From the NCBI RefSeq assembly GCF_963676685.1, contig NC_092355.1, positions 11,656,001 to 11,720,000 of the forward strand: a DNA stretch of 64,000 nt. The letters are read 5' to 3'. This document shows positions 25,801 through 38,742 of the stretch, in pieces (within the stretch, counting starts at the first letter, position 1; every line of letters begins with the position of its first letter). The DNA comes from Mytilus edulis (Eukaryota). The notes under the pieces were generated by a model. That model did not search any database. It was given only the letters and a program-made list of their open reading frames with translations, and had not been told where the DNA came from. The position numbers and the translations under genes were made by a program.

Positions 25801-28800
25801 AACACGACACGAAAAAGAAATAAAAAGGGAGTAAACGTTTCGTTTTTGAGTCACGAGCTGTTATTATTAATAATACACATAATACATACATGTAAGACAA
25901 TTCTTAAAAATCGGCAAACACTATACATGATCAAGATTTTCAATTTTGTTGGTCTAAAGATTTAAAAACAAAAAGATATACGAAACAAAAATGAAATACG
26001 AATGTATTTGTGAAAGAACCATGGCTCCTGAAAATCTTAACTGCCAGTAAGATATGAAAAAGGTGTGATCGTGGAAGATCCATATGTATGATCAAGTTCT
26101 TCAACAAAGTAATATTTCTGTAGTGGTTTTCAAAATCAAATACAACTGGTTTTTAGATTAAAACAAAACATTCTTACACATTTTATCATTATGTAAGAGT
26201 CTTATGTTATCATTTCCCCTTTTATTCTACCAGATATCAAACTGCAGTTCCAAGTGTCACATTTTTGTAGCCTCCTTATACTCTATTTGGTCATAATTTT
26301 GAATTGAGACTTTATCTCAAAGTTGTATTCACTAGTCCGGAAAGATACATAAACGCACACAAAAAACTTCGGTATCCCTTCGAAATAATAATTTAACAAA
26401 GTTAACATGGCATGTTATTTTTTCATAATATATGTGTAGTTTTAGTTTCAACTATGGTTTTAAATTCAGACTTTACTCTCGTGAAAAAATTTCGGAATAG
26501 CAGACACTTGTTTATTATATACACATATCTGGATACAGGTTGACAACTAAGAGTTAATTGATAAAGTGTAATGTTTTTTAGACTCAATCCGATTGTTGTT
26601 TTTATCTTGTTGTTGTCTCTGTTTCTCGATTTGTAAATAATGCACTTAGACTTGATGCTCCCCTTGGTGTCTTCTGCTCACTATAGTATAATTTAAAGTA
26701 TAAATAATAATAATTCATGAAAAAATTGTATGTTGTGGGGACCAGAATCTTGCATAAGATGCTACTCTATTATTTTTGTTTGCAATATAAAATTCATTAG
26801 ATTGGTATTGTTTTATTCTGGATTGAAGTCATTTAAAACTAGGAGCTATATGTCTTAACGTTCTTCTAAAGATGTACTTTTTAGCTATAATAATTAACAA
26901 ATTTATAAACAAACTCTAAAATTTCCGTCTCACTAATGCTGAATTGCTCATCTAATAATTGAATTTTCTGTAGAATTGACAACCAAAAACTGTATGTACC
27001 ATTACAATCATAAAATGAATGTTCTATTGTTTCCTCTTCCTCACTACAGAAGGTCTATAGACTTGTTTCCTTTTGCTTAATTCTATATAAAAATGTATAA
27101 GTAGGTATAATTCTATGTAATATATTATATTGAAAATTCCTCAAATATGTATCCCTACAACATCTTTTCAAAAGAGAAAAATACTTAGATCATTCTGAGG
27201 TTTCAGAATTTGTTACATCCTCCCATTTTAAAAATTTCTCATATGGGAGTATGCATATAAGATCTCTGTATACAAAATTTAACTTCTCATTTTCCAAGAT
27301 CCTTTTAGAGAATGCATCAAAAGGAACAAAATTTTCTAAGTTAAAATCACAATAATATTTGATGTATTTTTTATTTACTTTGGAATGTTAGATACAAACT
27401 TTGGTATCTCAAAACATTTTCCAAATTAAGTGTTTGTCTTACTTGTTGGAATGTTAATAGTGATTTATTTTGACTATCTACAATGTTTCTTATAAACTGT
27501 ATACCATATAACTTCTGTTTCATATAAACAGGGTATTCAGATATTGGTATAAAGTTATTTAAAATATCCAAATTTCTGGAACACATAACTTTGTATAAGG
27601 CTTTGCCATGTGTAGACATTCAAATATGTCTATCCAAAATGGGGGATTTTTTTAAGCAATTAGAAATTTCTTTAATCTTATCCTTTTGTAATGGAAAGAC
27701 TCTGTCACCACCTAACTTTTTTAGTTCTGTTAGTAATAAATTCTGCCAAGTACCCTCTGAATTTGAAAAAAATCACTGTACCCAAGGTAATTTAAGATAT
27801 GTACAGAAAGACTGCAAATGCACCATATTTAATCCTACCTGTGAAAAATCTGCAATAAGAGTACTATGCTTTACTCTATCAGTCTTACCATTCCAAATGA
27901 AATTAAAAAAACATAGCACTCAGCCCATTTAATAGTGAGTGAGGTAAATATGGCAGGGCAGTTAACAAATGAATCAAATGAAATCAATATCAAGAATACT
28001 TTTTAAATCAAGCGAAAAATCAATTCCTAAAAGTCTAAAATTTGTGATTGACCACAAAAGATTGTAACATGTAAAAAGAATCAAAACAATTTAGGCTTTC
28101 TTGCAGTCATGTCTAATGTCTAATGTTAGAAAAGTCTTATCTGTATACTGACTTAAAAGTGTTTGTTTTTCATTAATGAGGATTCCATGCATTTTGGGGG
28201 TTGTCTTAAGTTTCAACGATAATAACTCTACACCAATAACAAACAAATCAGGGGAGATCAAGTCACCATTGGTCATGCATGTTGTTCCTGTGTAAGGGCA
28301 ACATCGTGAGAAAAAAAGCTTTCACTTGAACAATCAATTTTTCTCTTTGAATACATTTTTTTATAAAAAATATGCTGTTCTAAGAGAATCGTGGATTGAT
28401 AAGATATATGATTACCCTAATCACTAATCATTTCAACCATTGTCTTCTTTATAAGATTTCTCTTTTCTAATTTTAAAAGGTATTTGGAACATTTTCCACT
28501 ATTTTCATGCCAGTTAGCCCGGGACCGTAATGGTAAACCCTCTAGCTTCTGCTCTCTCATGGATTCTAACTCCACTTTTTTATCATTTAAATTGGTCTGT
28601 ACAGCTTCAGTAAGGGTTGTATTCATAATAATATCTAAATTTTGTATATCTTTTTCAAGTTTCAGAGTAGATTTTTTTTTCTTCTTTTCATTTAAATATA
28701 CTGTGTGTAATGGACAAGGATCGGATTTTCATCTTCAGAACTTCAAGAAACAATTGATCTTTACAATAAAATTGTACATGAAATTGGTCATATCTACTGT

Positions 28801-31800
28801 TTTAAAGATAGAACTCAGAAACAGTATCCTTAATACACATCTTTACCTTTTCAACATATACAGTATCTCTCAACAACTGTGAATTATTGTAATATTATTA
28901 TCAATACTCATTAAATAATATGTTCAATCAGACAAAAGAAAAACAAAGCAGTGCAATACTTATAATAAAAATGTTTACCCATACTAACAACACATTTATA
29001 CATTGCAAATACACACGAAAGATGGCACTTGAAACAATATACAATATACATCAGATACTTATTTACAGATTGGCTTCATATGATAAATAACATATTTTTT
29101 ATTCTGATAATTTGGTGTTAAGTGCTTTATTTTCTTTATAAATCTTAAAATCTCTTTTTATCTTCTGAGAACTTTATTCGAATAAAAATAATTTTTTAAC
29201 TCTTTTATACAGCTGTTATAATATATAAATTATTTCTATAATTTTACACTACTAGGTGTATTTCATTAAAAACAAACGTTGAAAAGCCAATTCCGATTTG
29301 ATTTTGATTAATTTGGTACGAATAGAAGAACACTTGTCCTTGGTTTATTTATTTGTTTAGTTATAATTCTTACCGTTTTCATTCTTAATTCTTAAGTAGA
29401 CACTTACAAACCAGCTAACGGTGTTTATATTTCACAATATGTCCATGGCTGTTGGGACGTTTTGATTTTAATGAACGTAATCTATGAATCACTAATAAAT
29501 TATCAAGCGAGGGATTTCGTTACCATAAATTACTTTTTTTATATTAAGTTCATCCACACATATAAATATCTGGTTTTGAAGTTTAGTTGTTCCTGTAGAA
29601 CACTTATATAAACGGGATAGAACACCCTCATTTTTACGGACATGTTAATTTGCGTGCCTTGAAATTTTGAAACGATCCTGGTAAACTTATCGATCCTTTA
29701 AATAAACTTAATTTAAACGGTTATCGATTCAACACTGTAATTAGATCATTGAATATATTTTTTATTCGTACTAATATTGATTTTTTTCGGTAAATTTAAA
29801 GCAAACAATTAAAATAGTATTGTTATATACATTTTGTACATGATCTATCATCTACAATCGTTCGATGCCTGTATCTTGGTAATTTACAAGATCATGTTTT
29901 TTCTCTGACTGTTAATCAAGTCTTTACATTTTATTGGATAATGAATGTGTACTGATTGATAATTCAGTCTTAGATGCATGACTTTTTTTATTAGTTGTTA
30001 ATGGCTTTGAATTAGCTTTTAGTAACTGTAAGTTCTCTCAGTTCTGTACTTAGTGTCTTTTTGTTGTTGGGATATGCGATTCACTCTGAGTTTTTAAACT
30101 GATGTGTTTCTATTTGTACAAAAATGAGTTAATCGATATAGGAAGATGTGGTATCAGTGCCAATGAGACAACTCTTCATCCAAATAACAATTTATAAAAG
30201 TAAATCATAATAGGTCAATGTACGGACTTCAACACGGAGCCTTGGCTCACACCGAACAAGCTATAAAGGGCCCTAAAATTACTAGACTAGTGTCAAACCA
30301 TTCAAACTGAAAAATCAACGGTCTAATCTATATAAATAAACGTGAATCGAGCAACACGTATAAATTACATAAACAAACGACAACTACTGTACATCAGATT
30401 TCAGACTTAGGACAGGTGCGAACATTTGCCTTTATAAACGTTTTTTTATAATTCGTTCATATGTTGTACTGTAACACCACTGTCCGAGGTTAAGGTGAGT
30501 GTAAGGATCTTTGTTGACATGTTTAATCCAACCACATTATGTATGTATCTGCCTATCCCAAGTCAGGAGCCTACAATTCAGTGGTTGTCGTTTATTGATG
30601 TGCTAAATACTGTTTATTTTTCGTTTATTTGTTTGAACATTATTAGGCCGATAGTTTTCTCGTTTGAACTGTTTGACATTTGTCATGTCGAAGCCAATAA
30701 TAGCTGTCTACGCGGTATGGATTTGCTCATTGTTGAATGGTGTACGGTAACCTAAAATTGGTCATTTCTGTGTCATTTTGTTTCTTGTGGAGGTTTGTAC
30801 CATTGACAATCATATCTTCTTTTTTATATTATAGTAGTATTTTCTCAAAATAGAAAAAAATCCAAAAAATCTGTACACATTTGATACAAATATACGCTGC
30901 ACAAAATTGATAAACTCAATTTATATTTGCTTATTATAATAATAAATGTATTAAACAAAAACTGTTTGCTTAGTACCAGTCGGATCGAAGGATAATGCAT
31001 AAAAAGATGTTATGAACGTATGATATGTGTATGGGAACACGAGAATACACGTTTCAAAACTTGAATTCTCCATCGATCAAAAACTCAATCAATGCATGTG
31101 TAGTTCAAAAGACATTGGCGAATAAAAAATGAGGTATCGTAAAAATGAGAGCTTGTTCTCATTTCTTTTGTACTCTGGTTGTTATACTGAGTAGTCTTTG
31201 TTTGTTATCTCTAATGTCTGATTTGACTAGGGGCTAAAAGTGACAAATTCCCTTTGATCCTATATTTAAATGATATTATGAAATTGCATTATATAGAGAA
31301 TAATACATGGAAAAATCCGTATCATGTGTCGTATCATCCCGAGACATCAATATCAGCCCAAGGGCCTTTAGGATGATACGGCACTGGGTAACAGCTTTCC
31401 GTTCTACCTTTGTTTTGTTTAAAAAGCATTAAAAGAACTGCTCAATTACTTATCCGAAGCACTTGGGTTACCTTATAATTTGCAAGCTGTTGTTTTAAAA
31501 ATATTTTGTTTATTGTATTTTTTGTGTGTTTGGTATGTTTTATAGATGCATTTAGTGTACTAATAAATATGAAAACTTGACGTGCGTGACGTCACATGCC
31601 AAACAATGACGTATTTCAACAAATTGCGTCCCGCCCGAAAGACCGTTTATTTAGGACATATTTTGAGGGAAAATATTTCAAAGCTTACATATTAAGTAAA
31701 AACTGTAAAAAAAAAAGTAGGGGTGTGATAAAGGGTGCAATAAAGGGTAGGGTGTGATAAAGGGTATGATAAAGGGTATGCTAAAGGGTGTGATAAAGGG

Positions 31801-32556
31801 TGCGCATCAAAGTTGCACGATATTGATTAAACAGCAGGCTATTTTTCAAATATTCAAATCTACTGCATTTACTACTTAACATATGATAAATAAAAGTATT
31901 TCATATTTCGTCTATATTGTCTGTATACCTTTTACTGTTGTGTTGTGTGAATCATTTGATGTATTCTTCTACCGTTTTGTTGTTCATCATGAACTAATAT
32001 TATGACCTTTTCCCTGTTTCCTAATTTACAATTATATGATTGCAATCTTGAATGATATATGTATTTCTTATATGCAGAAACAAATGTAAATCATATAATT
32101 CTATGGCAATCACTTAGCACCTTGAGTAAAGTTTCCTACTGTATCATTACAAAATAAAAAACACATACCTTTAGCTATTTGCAAACAATCTAAGAATTCA
32201 TCTGTGACTTCCATATCTGTAAATGGTGAATCGAACATTTTTTTGGTCCTGCATTTTTTTCCATCATGTCCAAGATCTTTTCTAATAAATCGGGATTTAC
32301 CTTCGAATGCCTTTATCTTGTTGTCTTCGTGAATGCAAATTACTTGCTCATGAGATAATTCAGAAGTTTTCTTCCAACTTTTACTCAAAAAATCATTAAC
32401 AAAGTTGAATTTTCCAATTTTGTTTTTCATGTAATCACGATACACATTAGCTTCAATGTCACACTTTTGATTATGACGCCAAACAGAATGCAGAAAGTTG
32501 CTTGAATTTCTAACTGTTTTATAGGAGAATTCGTTTAAATGCTTTTGTGTCATCAT
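22807..32556 (-). CDS. cGAS-like receptor / Mab-21 nucleotidyltransferase A. Coding exons 32556-32169 and 24848-22807, ~810 aa.
   Basis: NTase signature GSKSEGLNMPGSDTDML, third Asp region DFDKV, plus HGPA, WRLSF, CSYILKTVMFW and CPNYFVTGNNMF motifs, and a long helical C-terminal extension. Donor AAG|GTATGT after 32169 joins acceptor TTTTTTGAAG| before 24848 in frame (IAK-G-KREER). Confidence 0.88.
25111..25469. mobile_element. Short MITE, Kolobok-like, in the cGLR-A intron
   Basis: TTAA-GGGGTACACAACT ... AGCAGTGTGCCCC-TTTA: ~13-bp imperfect TIRs with a TTAA-like target site. Confidence 0.5.
26700..28880 (-). mobile_element. Decayed L1/Tx1-clade LINE ORF2 remnant inside the cGLR-A intron
   Basis: Minus-strand fragments RSRANWHE..KCSKYLLKLEKRN, GDLISPDLFVIGVELLS...SQYTD (degenerate YADD) and FQYNILHRIIPT...FCSEEEETIEHSFYDC (zf-RVT). 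Many stops, frameshifts and internal deletions. Confidence 0.8.
31296..31802. repeat. Hairpin-containing repeat ending in a 12-bp minisatellite (GGGTGTGATAAA)n
   Basis: GTGTCGTATCATCC/GGATGATACGGCAC hairpin at 31326-31384. About 6-7 copies of the 12-mer at 31721-31802. Confidence 0.65.
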
Positions 32557-34980
32557 ACGTCATATTTTATCACTAAAATTTAAAATAATAATTTGATAGA
32601 TAAAGAGAGTCAAGCATATGTGGCACTTGAACATGTAATAAATTCAAAAAAAAAACTTTCTATAAAACACGGTTATGTGTACATGTATTTTAGTTAGACG
32701 GTTTTTTCCTCTAATACTGGAAATTGATAATTTGCTTTATTTATACCCCACAAAAAATATCATAAGCATGAATATGCCAATTTTGTCCATATATGATAAA
32801 AATGGTAATTTATTCATCTTATACCGGTGTGCAATTTCAATAACAGTGACTATTAATCAATTGAACATAACTGGTTTATGTTCAAGCTCCATCGGTCCAT
32901 GTAATAAGTTTAAGATATGAAAAGCCAGTTGCAAATTGAGGCGTAACTCGACAGGTTATTTGATTTATTTAAGCAACCAAGCCATGAAACCTTTTATATT
33001 TTTCTCTTTATATAATACGTATTTTAAATCGATAAAATTTCAATAATGTTTTTAAGTACACAAGCATACCTTTAACTGTAATGTCCTACTACACATGTAT
33101 ACATGTAAATTGACCTCTTTCTGGTATTTTATTTCGCGTATATTGAATTAAACTACTACATCTTTACAGTCTACAATCGTTGGTTAAACAATGGATCATT
33201 ATTTTAATACAAAACATGTGTTCCTGTTGAATGTTTGCAAGAACATGCCATTTTAACTGTTTATCAACGAATTGGGTCATAATATTAAAATAAATGCATA
33301 CCTTACATATGTATATACTTCTTTTCAACACAGTAACAACACAGTTCCGAACTAACTTGAATATCACATGGTTTTAACTCTTTTGAACCAGACAAGCTTC
33401 ACAAGGATTAAGTCGTCTGTTTTATGTATAATGTGTGCGCGTACACATTATATCAGACCATTCTGTCTGTGTTCTATCTAATCTAATGCTACAATTGCAA
33501 GACACAAACACAGGAAGGACTGTCATGGATGAACGAATTAAATTATTACTACAGATCTATAAATTATCTCCGAGTATGATTGTATTCTTTTTAAATGAAA
33601 CACAAATGCGTCACAATATTGATTATCGAATACATGTTGTATAAAGGTACTTATAACCAATCATTAAAAAAGAATTAAAACATAAAATATCCAGTGCATC
33701 TGATGTACTGATGAATTTTTTTATTTTTTATTTTTTTTTGGAGGGGGGTGAGAGGGTACTTTTTTATGATCACCAGTGTTAAGTCATCCTTTTTAATTGA
33801 AATAAACTGAAAAATGACACCCTTTAACCAAAATAATTCCATGAACAAGTCCATATTTGATTTAAAGGACTTCTTAAGATCGAAAATAAATATTATTTTA
33901 GAACAATTGGAGTGAAGCAGAAATATTGCTTTGAAAATAAAAACATGTGTATCATCAATATCATTCTCTGTTTTATACATCATGGCTCTAGCCATTGTTC
34001 TTTTATTAAATCCCCAGAACTCTTGTTTTCTCAAATAAGAATTACTATAACCAAATAAATGTAATCTCCTTGGCCTTCGCCATTTTCCAAAATCCTCTTG
34101 TCTATTTAAAAAACATATATAGTCAATTGCCATTCTACAATTATATGACCTCTTGTTCTGCTAATATCATATGTCTCCATGCCATTTTTATTGACCTCTT
34201 ATCATTATAATATAATATGGCCTCTTGCCATTTAAAATAAGAAATAAACACTATGAATTAAAGTATCAACGCTGGCCTGAGCAGTCAGGATACGTCCGCC
34301 CTCTTAAGTGGGTATTAAAAAAATGAGAGAGAATCAAATGTACTTCAGCCTAAGTAAATTGACCAATGAGGTTAGTCTTTATTTTCACAGATATAGAACT
34401 AAATACTTATTTGGGCCAGTCTTAACGTTGTTGAAATTTATCTTTACATAAAAAAAAACACCCACATGAACGATGTTTTCCCAATTTATGTCATAAATAT
34501 GATCATAGTACCGCGTACTTTATATTTGACGAACAGTGATGTTGACATACAATTGTATATGGTCGCTGTCTGTAAGACACAAATGATGCTCCTTTCAAGT
34601 AAAGGTTGTCATTAAATACAACTTTCCGGTATTAAATATTTATTTTAAAAGTAATAAAATATTGTATTCATTGCATTAGGGTCTTCAAACTTTAATAGTG
34701 CAAACAAATCGTGTTTTCAATTATATAACAAGTGAGTTGGAAAACAAGTTTAACTACCTTTTTTTTGCACATCTTACATGCACATGATGCATCCCTTTCT
34801 GATAGTTTTTTCAGGAGCTGAGAGATTGAAACGATATTTGTTTTTGTATTACAACTAGACAAAAGAGTGCTTACATCTATAAAAAAAAATATACCGATAT
34901 ATATATAACATTGTTGGGTTGATGTTTAGACGAGTTGTATATATATATAGGCGTCAAAAATAATTTTCACATGTGCAGAT

Positions 34981-35110
34981 ATATATATATTCATTAAATA
35001 AAATAATAAAATAAGTAAAAAGTTAACAGTTCCATTCTATCGATTTCATCCTTCCATTGGGACTCTTCAGGATAACTTATTTTATTATTTTATTTAATGA
35101 ATATATATAT
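34981..35110 (-). ncRNA. Minimal type-I hammerhead ribozyme inside a ~130-bp inverted-repeat mini-element
   Basis: The minus strand of ~35072-35035 reads UC-CUGAAGA-GUCC-CAAUGGAA-GGAU-GAAA-UCGA-UA-GA, with a palindromic AUCGAU stem III. It is flanked by 36-bp perfect inverted repeats at 34981-35016 and 35075-35110. Confidence 0.7.
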
Positions 35111-35766
35111 ATATATATATATATATAACAAGTCAAAAAGGGTACAACATCACCATTAAATAACTATAAAATACACAAATATTAGATATTTCGGATAACA
35201 GATATCCTTCTTCGGTAATTGCACAATGACAAATGAATCATGTCAATTCAAATTGAGACTCTATCAAAATCTTGATTTATACAATTTAAGCGAACGCTGG
35301 AACAATTTTAAAATTTCCAAACACACCGCAAAGACTACAGAAATATGCCAAAAATAAAAATAGTTATTTACGATGTGAAATGGCACAACTCTAGATTTCC
35401 AAAGGTTGTGACAGTTGAGATGTTATAACTGCATTGAGGGCAGTCCTCAAACAAAAAAATCAAAAATGTCCTAACCGATCAAGGATGGTATAAATTAGAC
35501 AACGGTAGGGCAATTACAACAGAAACTACATATTTAAGCCTCCCAAACGAATATCAGTATAATACTGATTGAAAAAATAAGTATTGTATAATGAGGTAAA
35601 ATAATTGAACGTGGCAACGTACTTATACATCATCCCGAATCAATGAAAACCTGTAATTTAAACTGTTATTTTAAAAATAATTTCGAACTGTAAAGCCAGT
35701 ACTAAATCCGGCGTTGTTTGAAACAGGTAGTCACAGGAAAATGAGGGACTCGTTCTATGTTTTTTC

Positions 35767-37953
35767 GACGAAACTAAAGTCTTGTCCAAGGGTTTGAATT
35801 TTTGCCCTACTCCCAATAAAATAGATGATATGAAACTGGGAGATGACCTTGATAACTTTGCTAGAACCCTCAGAATCAAAGAATATTTTGGTAACAAGGA
35901 TAAAGAGGTGGATAATGAGAAAGACACAGACACGTCCGACTCGGAGGAAGAAATCATAATTCCACATTTTAAAAAGAAGAGTTCATGGATTCCAAAACCT
36001 AGTAAATCTGCTACACTGGAAGATGTTATCGACAAAATCAAATCGGATGTTGTTCATCTAGCTAGCAACAAGTACTCGTCATTTTACAACACCTCTCCTG
36101 ACGAGAAAAAAGCCATACAATCGCTAAGAAACCGAGATGATATTGTGATAAAACCAGCAGACAAGGGCAGTGCCGTTGTGATAATGGACAAAGCTAACTA
36201 CATCGCGGAAGCAGTGCGTCAGCTCTCTGATGAGAGATTTTATAAAAAGCTAGACTATGACCCTACTTCCGAGTTTAGCTCCAAAATTATCACTGCGGTA
36301 CAAACCATGTACAATGACGGTCATATAGATGAGGATACAATTGGTTATTTAAAGCCAGAGAATGCCAAGCCTGGTCGATTGTATCTTCTTCCCAAAATAC
36401 ACAAGGTTAACAACCCTGGTAGACCCATTGTATCCGCAAACGGCCATCCGACTGAGAAAATCTCGGAATTCGTCGATTTTCATTTAAGATCTCATGTAGA
36501 AAATCTTCCTTCCCACATTCAAGACACTACAGATTATCTTCGTAAAATGGAATCCATGAACCCTCTTCCTCCGGAAACCCTCCTTGTCACTTTAGATGTC
36601 ACCTCATTGTATACCAACATACCTCATGATGACGGCATACAATCTTGTAGGGAAATATGGGACTCGCGCAACATTTTAGAACCACCTACTGAATGTTTAG
36701 TCCAGCTACTTACTCTGGTCCTGAAATGCAACAATTTCACCTTTAATGGTGAGCATTACCTTCAAATTAACGGGACAGCGATGGGGACGAAAATGGCACC
36801 GTCTTACGCCAATATTTTCATGGGCAAATTAGAAAAACAAATTATTGCAACATCTTTATCCAAACCTTTGTCTTGGTTCCGTTTCATTGATGATGTTGAC
36901 ATGAAATGGATTGAATCTCAACAAAAACTGGATGATTTCATCAGACATGCAAACAACGCCCACCATTCAATTAAATTTACGTATGAAATTTCCGACTCTA
37001 AGATATCTTTCTTAGACACAACCACATCTATAAAGGACGGTGTCATATCAACAGACCTTTACTGTAAGCCCACAGATAAACATCAATACCTTTCTCCCCA
37101 AAGCTGTCACCCCAAACACTGTACAAAAAGTATCCCGTACAGTCAAGCTCTCAGAGTCAAGCGGATTTGCTCCTCTGAGGAGGCTGTCACGAAACGGTTA
37201 CAGGAACTTCGCGGATTTTTGAAAAAACGAGGTTATAAGAAATTGGACATAGATAAGGGGTTTGCGCGCGCTAACAATAACAGCCGCAATGACCTCTTAC
37301 AGTACAAACGGAAGAGGCGCAGCAAAATAGTCCCGTTTGTTCTTACATACAATCCAGCCTTTAATAACCTTTCACGTTTGATCCGTGCCAATTGGCAAAC
37401 TATTGCCAAACACCCTAAATTATCCAAGATCTTTCCCAATCCTCCTGTCTTAGCTTTTCGTAGACCAGCAAGTCTGAAAGACTTATTTGTTAGAGCTGAC
37501 GTCTCCTCAAATAAAAGCTGTTCAATTGCAGGATGGTGCAAGTCATGTGGTAACAGACGTTGCCTGACTTGTCAACAAATACTGAATACTCAAACATTCA
37601 CTTGCCACTCGACTGGGTCTGTGTACACTATATATTGCAATGTAACTTGCAAAACCCAGAATGTTGTATACCTCCTTCAATGTCGATGTGGCATGCAGTA
37701 TGTTGGCGAGACAGAGCAGCCATTTAACAAACGCATGAATGGTCATCGAAGTGACTACACTTGCAAGCCCGACCTACCCGTAAGTCGTCATTTGAGATCA
37801 CCTGGACACACACAAGCTGATCTCAAAAACCTTACCATCACGATCATAGACCACAACGAGGGTTGGTCGAAGGTCGACAGAGTCGCTCGGGAAAGATTTT
37901 GGATAAGAAAGTTACGGACAGTCTCCCCAGAGGGTATAAATGAAAAAACATAG
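35767..37953 (+). CDS. Penelope-like reverse transcriptase plus C-terminal GIY-YIG endonuclease (5'-truncated ORF)
   Basis: Motifs LSKGLNFCP, IKPADKGS, LYLLPKIHK..NPGRPIVS, LDVTSLYTNIP, GTAMGT, RFIDD, FLD, Cys pairs, NVVYLLQC..YVGET..R...H and RERFWI...PEGINE. An in-frame TAG lies at 35728 with no ATG before the first conserved motif. Confidence 0.95.
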   Translation, partial: DETKVLSKGLNFCPTPNKIDDMKLGDDLDNFARTLRIKEYFGNKDKEVDNEKDTDTSDSEEEIIIPHFKKKSSWIPKPSKSATLEDVIDKIKSDVVHLASNKYSSFYNTSPDEKKAIQSLRNRDDIVIKPADKGSAVVIMDKANYIAEAVRQLSDERFYKKLDYDPTSEFSSKIITAVQTMYNDGHIDEDTIGYLKPENAKPGRLYLLPKIHKVNNPGRPIVSANGHPTEKISEFVDFHLRSHVENLPSHIQDTTDYLRKMESMNPLPPETLLVTLDVTSLYTNIPHDDGIQSCREIWDSRNILEPPTECLVQLLTLVLKCNNFTFNGEHYLQINGTAMGTKMAPSYANIFMGKLEKQIIATSLSKPLSWFRFIDDVDMKWIESQQKLDDFIRHANNAHHSIKFTYEISDSKISFLDTTTSIKDGVISTDLYCKPTDKHQYLSPQSCHPKHCTKSIPYSQALRVKRICSSEEAVTKRLQELRGFLKKRGYKKLDIDKGFARANNNSRNDLLQYKRKRRSKIVPFVLTYNPAFNNLSRLIRANWQTIAKHPKLSKIFPNPPVLAFRRPASLKDLFVRADVSSNKSCSIAGWCKSCGNRRCLTCQQILNTQTFTCHSTGSVYTIYCNVTCKTQNVVYLLQCRCGMQYVGETEQPFNKRMNGHRSDYTCKPDLPVSRHLRSPGHTQADLKNLTITIIDHNEGWSKVDRVARERFWIRKLRTVSPEGINEKT

Positions 37954-38484
37954 AACGAGTCCCTCATTTTCCTGTGACTACCTGTTTCAAACAACGCCGG
38001 ATTTAGTACTGGCTTTACAGTTCGAAATTATTTTTAAAATAACAGTTTAAATTACAGGTTTTCATTGATTCGGGATGATGTATAAGTACGTTGCCACGTT
38101 CAATTATTTTACCTCATTATACAATACTTATTTTTTCAATCAGTATTATACTGATATTCGTTTGGGAGGCTTAAATATGTAGTTTCTGTTGTAATTGCCC
38201 TACCGTTGTCTAATTTATACCATCCTTGATCGGTTAGGACATTTTTGATTTTTTTGTTTGAGGACTGCCCTCAATGCAGTTATAACATCTCAACTGTCAC
38301 AACCTTTGGAAATCTAGAGTTGTGCCATTTCACATCGTAAATAACTATTTTTATTTTTGGCATATTTCTGTAGTCTTTGCGGTGTGTTTGGAAATTTTAA
38401 AATTGTTCCAGCGTTCGCTTAAATTGTATAAATCAAGATTTTGATAGAGTCTCAATTTGAATTGACATGATTCATTTGTCATTG

Positions 38485-38535
38485 TGCAATTACCGAAGAA
38501 GGATATCTGTTATCCGAAATATCTAATATTTGTGT
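38485..38535 (+). ncRNA. Minimal hammerhead ribozyme in the PLE 3' pseudo-LTR (mirror copy at ~35173-35223, minus strand)
   Basis: AUUA-CCGAAGA-A-GGAUA-UCUGU-UAUCC-GAAA-UA-UC-UAAU: stem I AUUA/UAAU, stem II GGAUA/UAUCC, palindromic AUAU stem III, and a CCGA variant of the CUGA core. Confidence 0.65.
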
Positions 38536-38742
38536 ATTTTATAGTTATTTAATGGTGATGTTGTACCCTTTTTGACTTGTTATATATTATATTTTGTAGT
38601 GTACAGAATCATATTACATGATCCATCGCCCTGTAAGATTGATCGTTGACTATTTATTCAGTCATTTTATATATATATATATATATATTGAGGGTACTTT
38701 ATATGGCCTTCCAAATACCGTTTCGATCCCTAACATCACTGT

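Larger units (their letters stand above)
35121..38587 (+). mobile_element. Penelope-like retroelement with inverted pseudo-LTR, inserted in (AT)n
   Basis: 35121-35766 is the reverse complement of 37942-38587 with no mismatch seen. The RT plus GIY-YIG ORF lies between the arms, and TA repeats occur at both ends. Confidence 0.95.

Noticed and set aside
33675-34133. 152-aa minus-strand ORF as a gene
   Set aside because: No recognisable motif, low-complexity AT-rich translation, and it probably overlaps a non-coding repeat.
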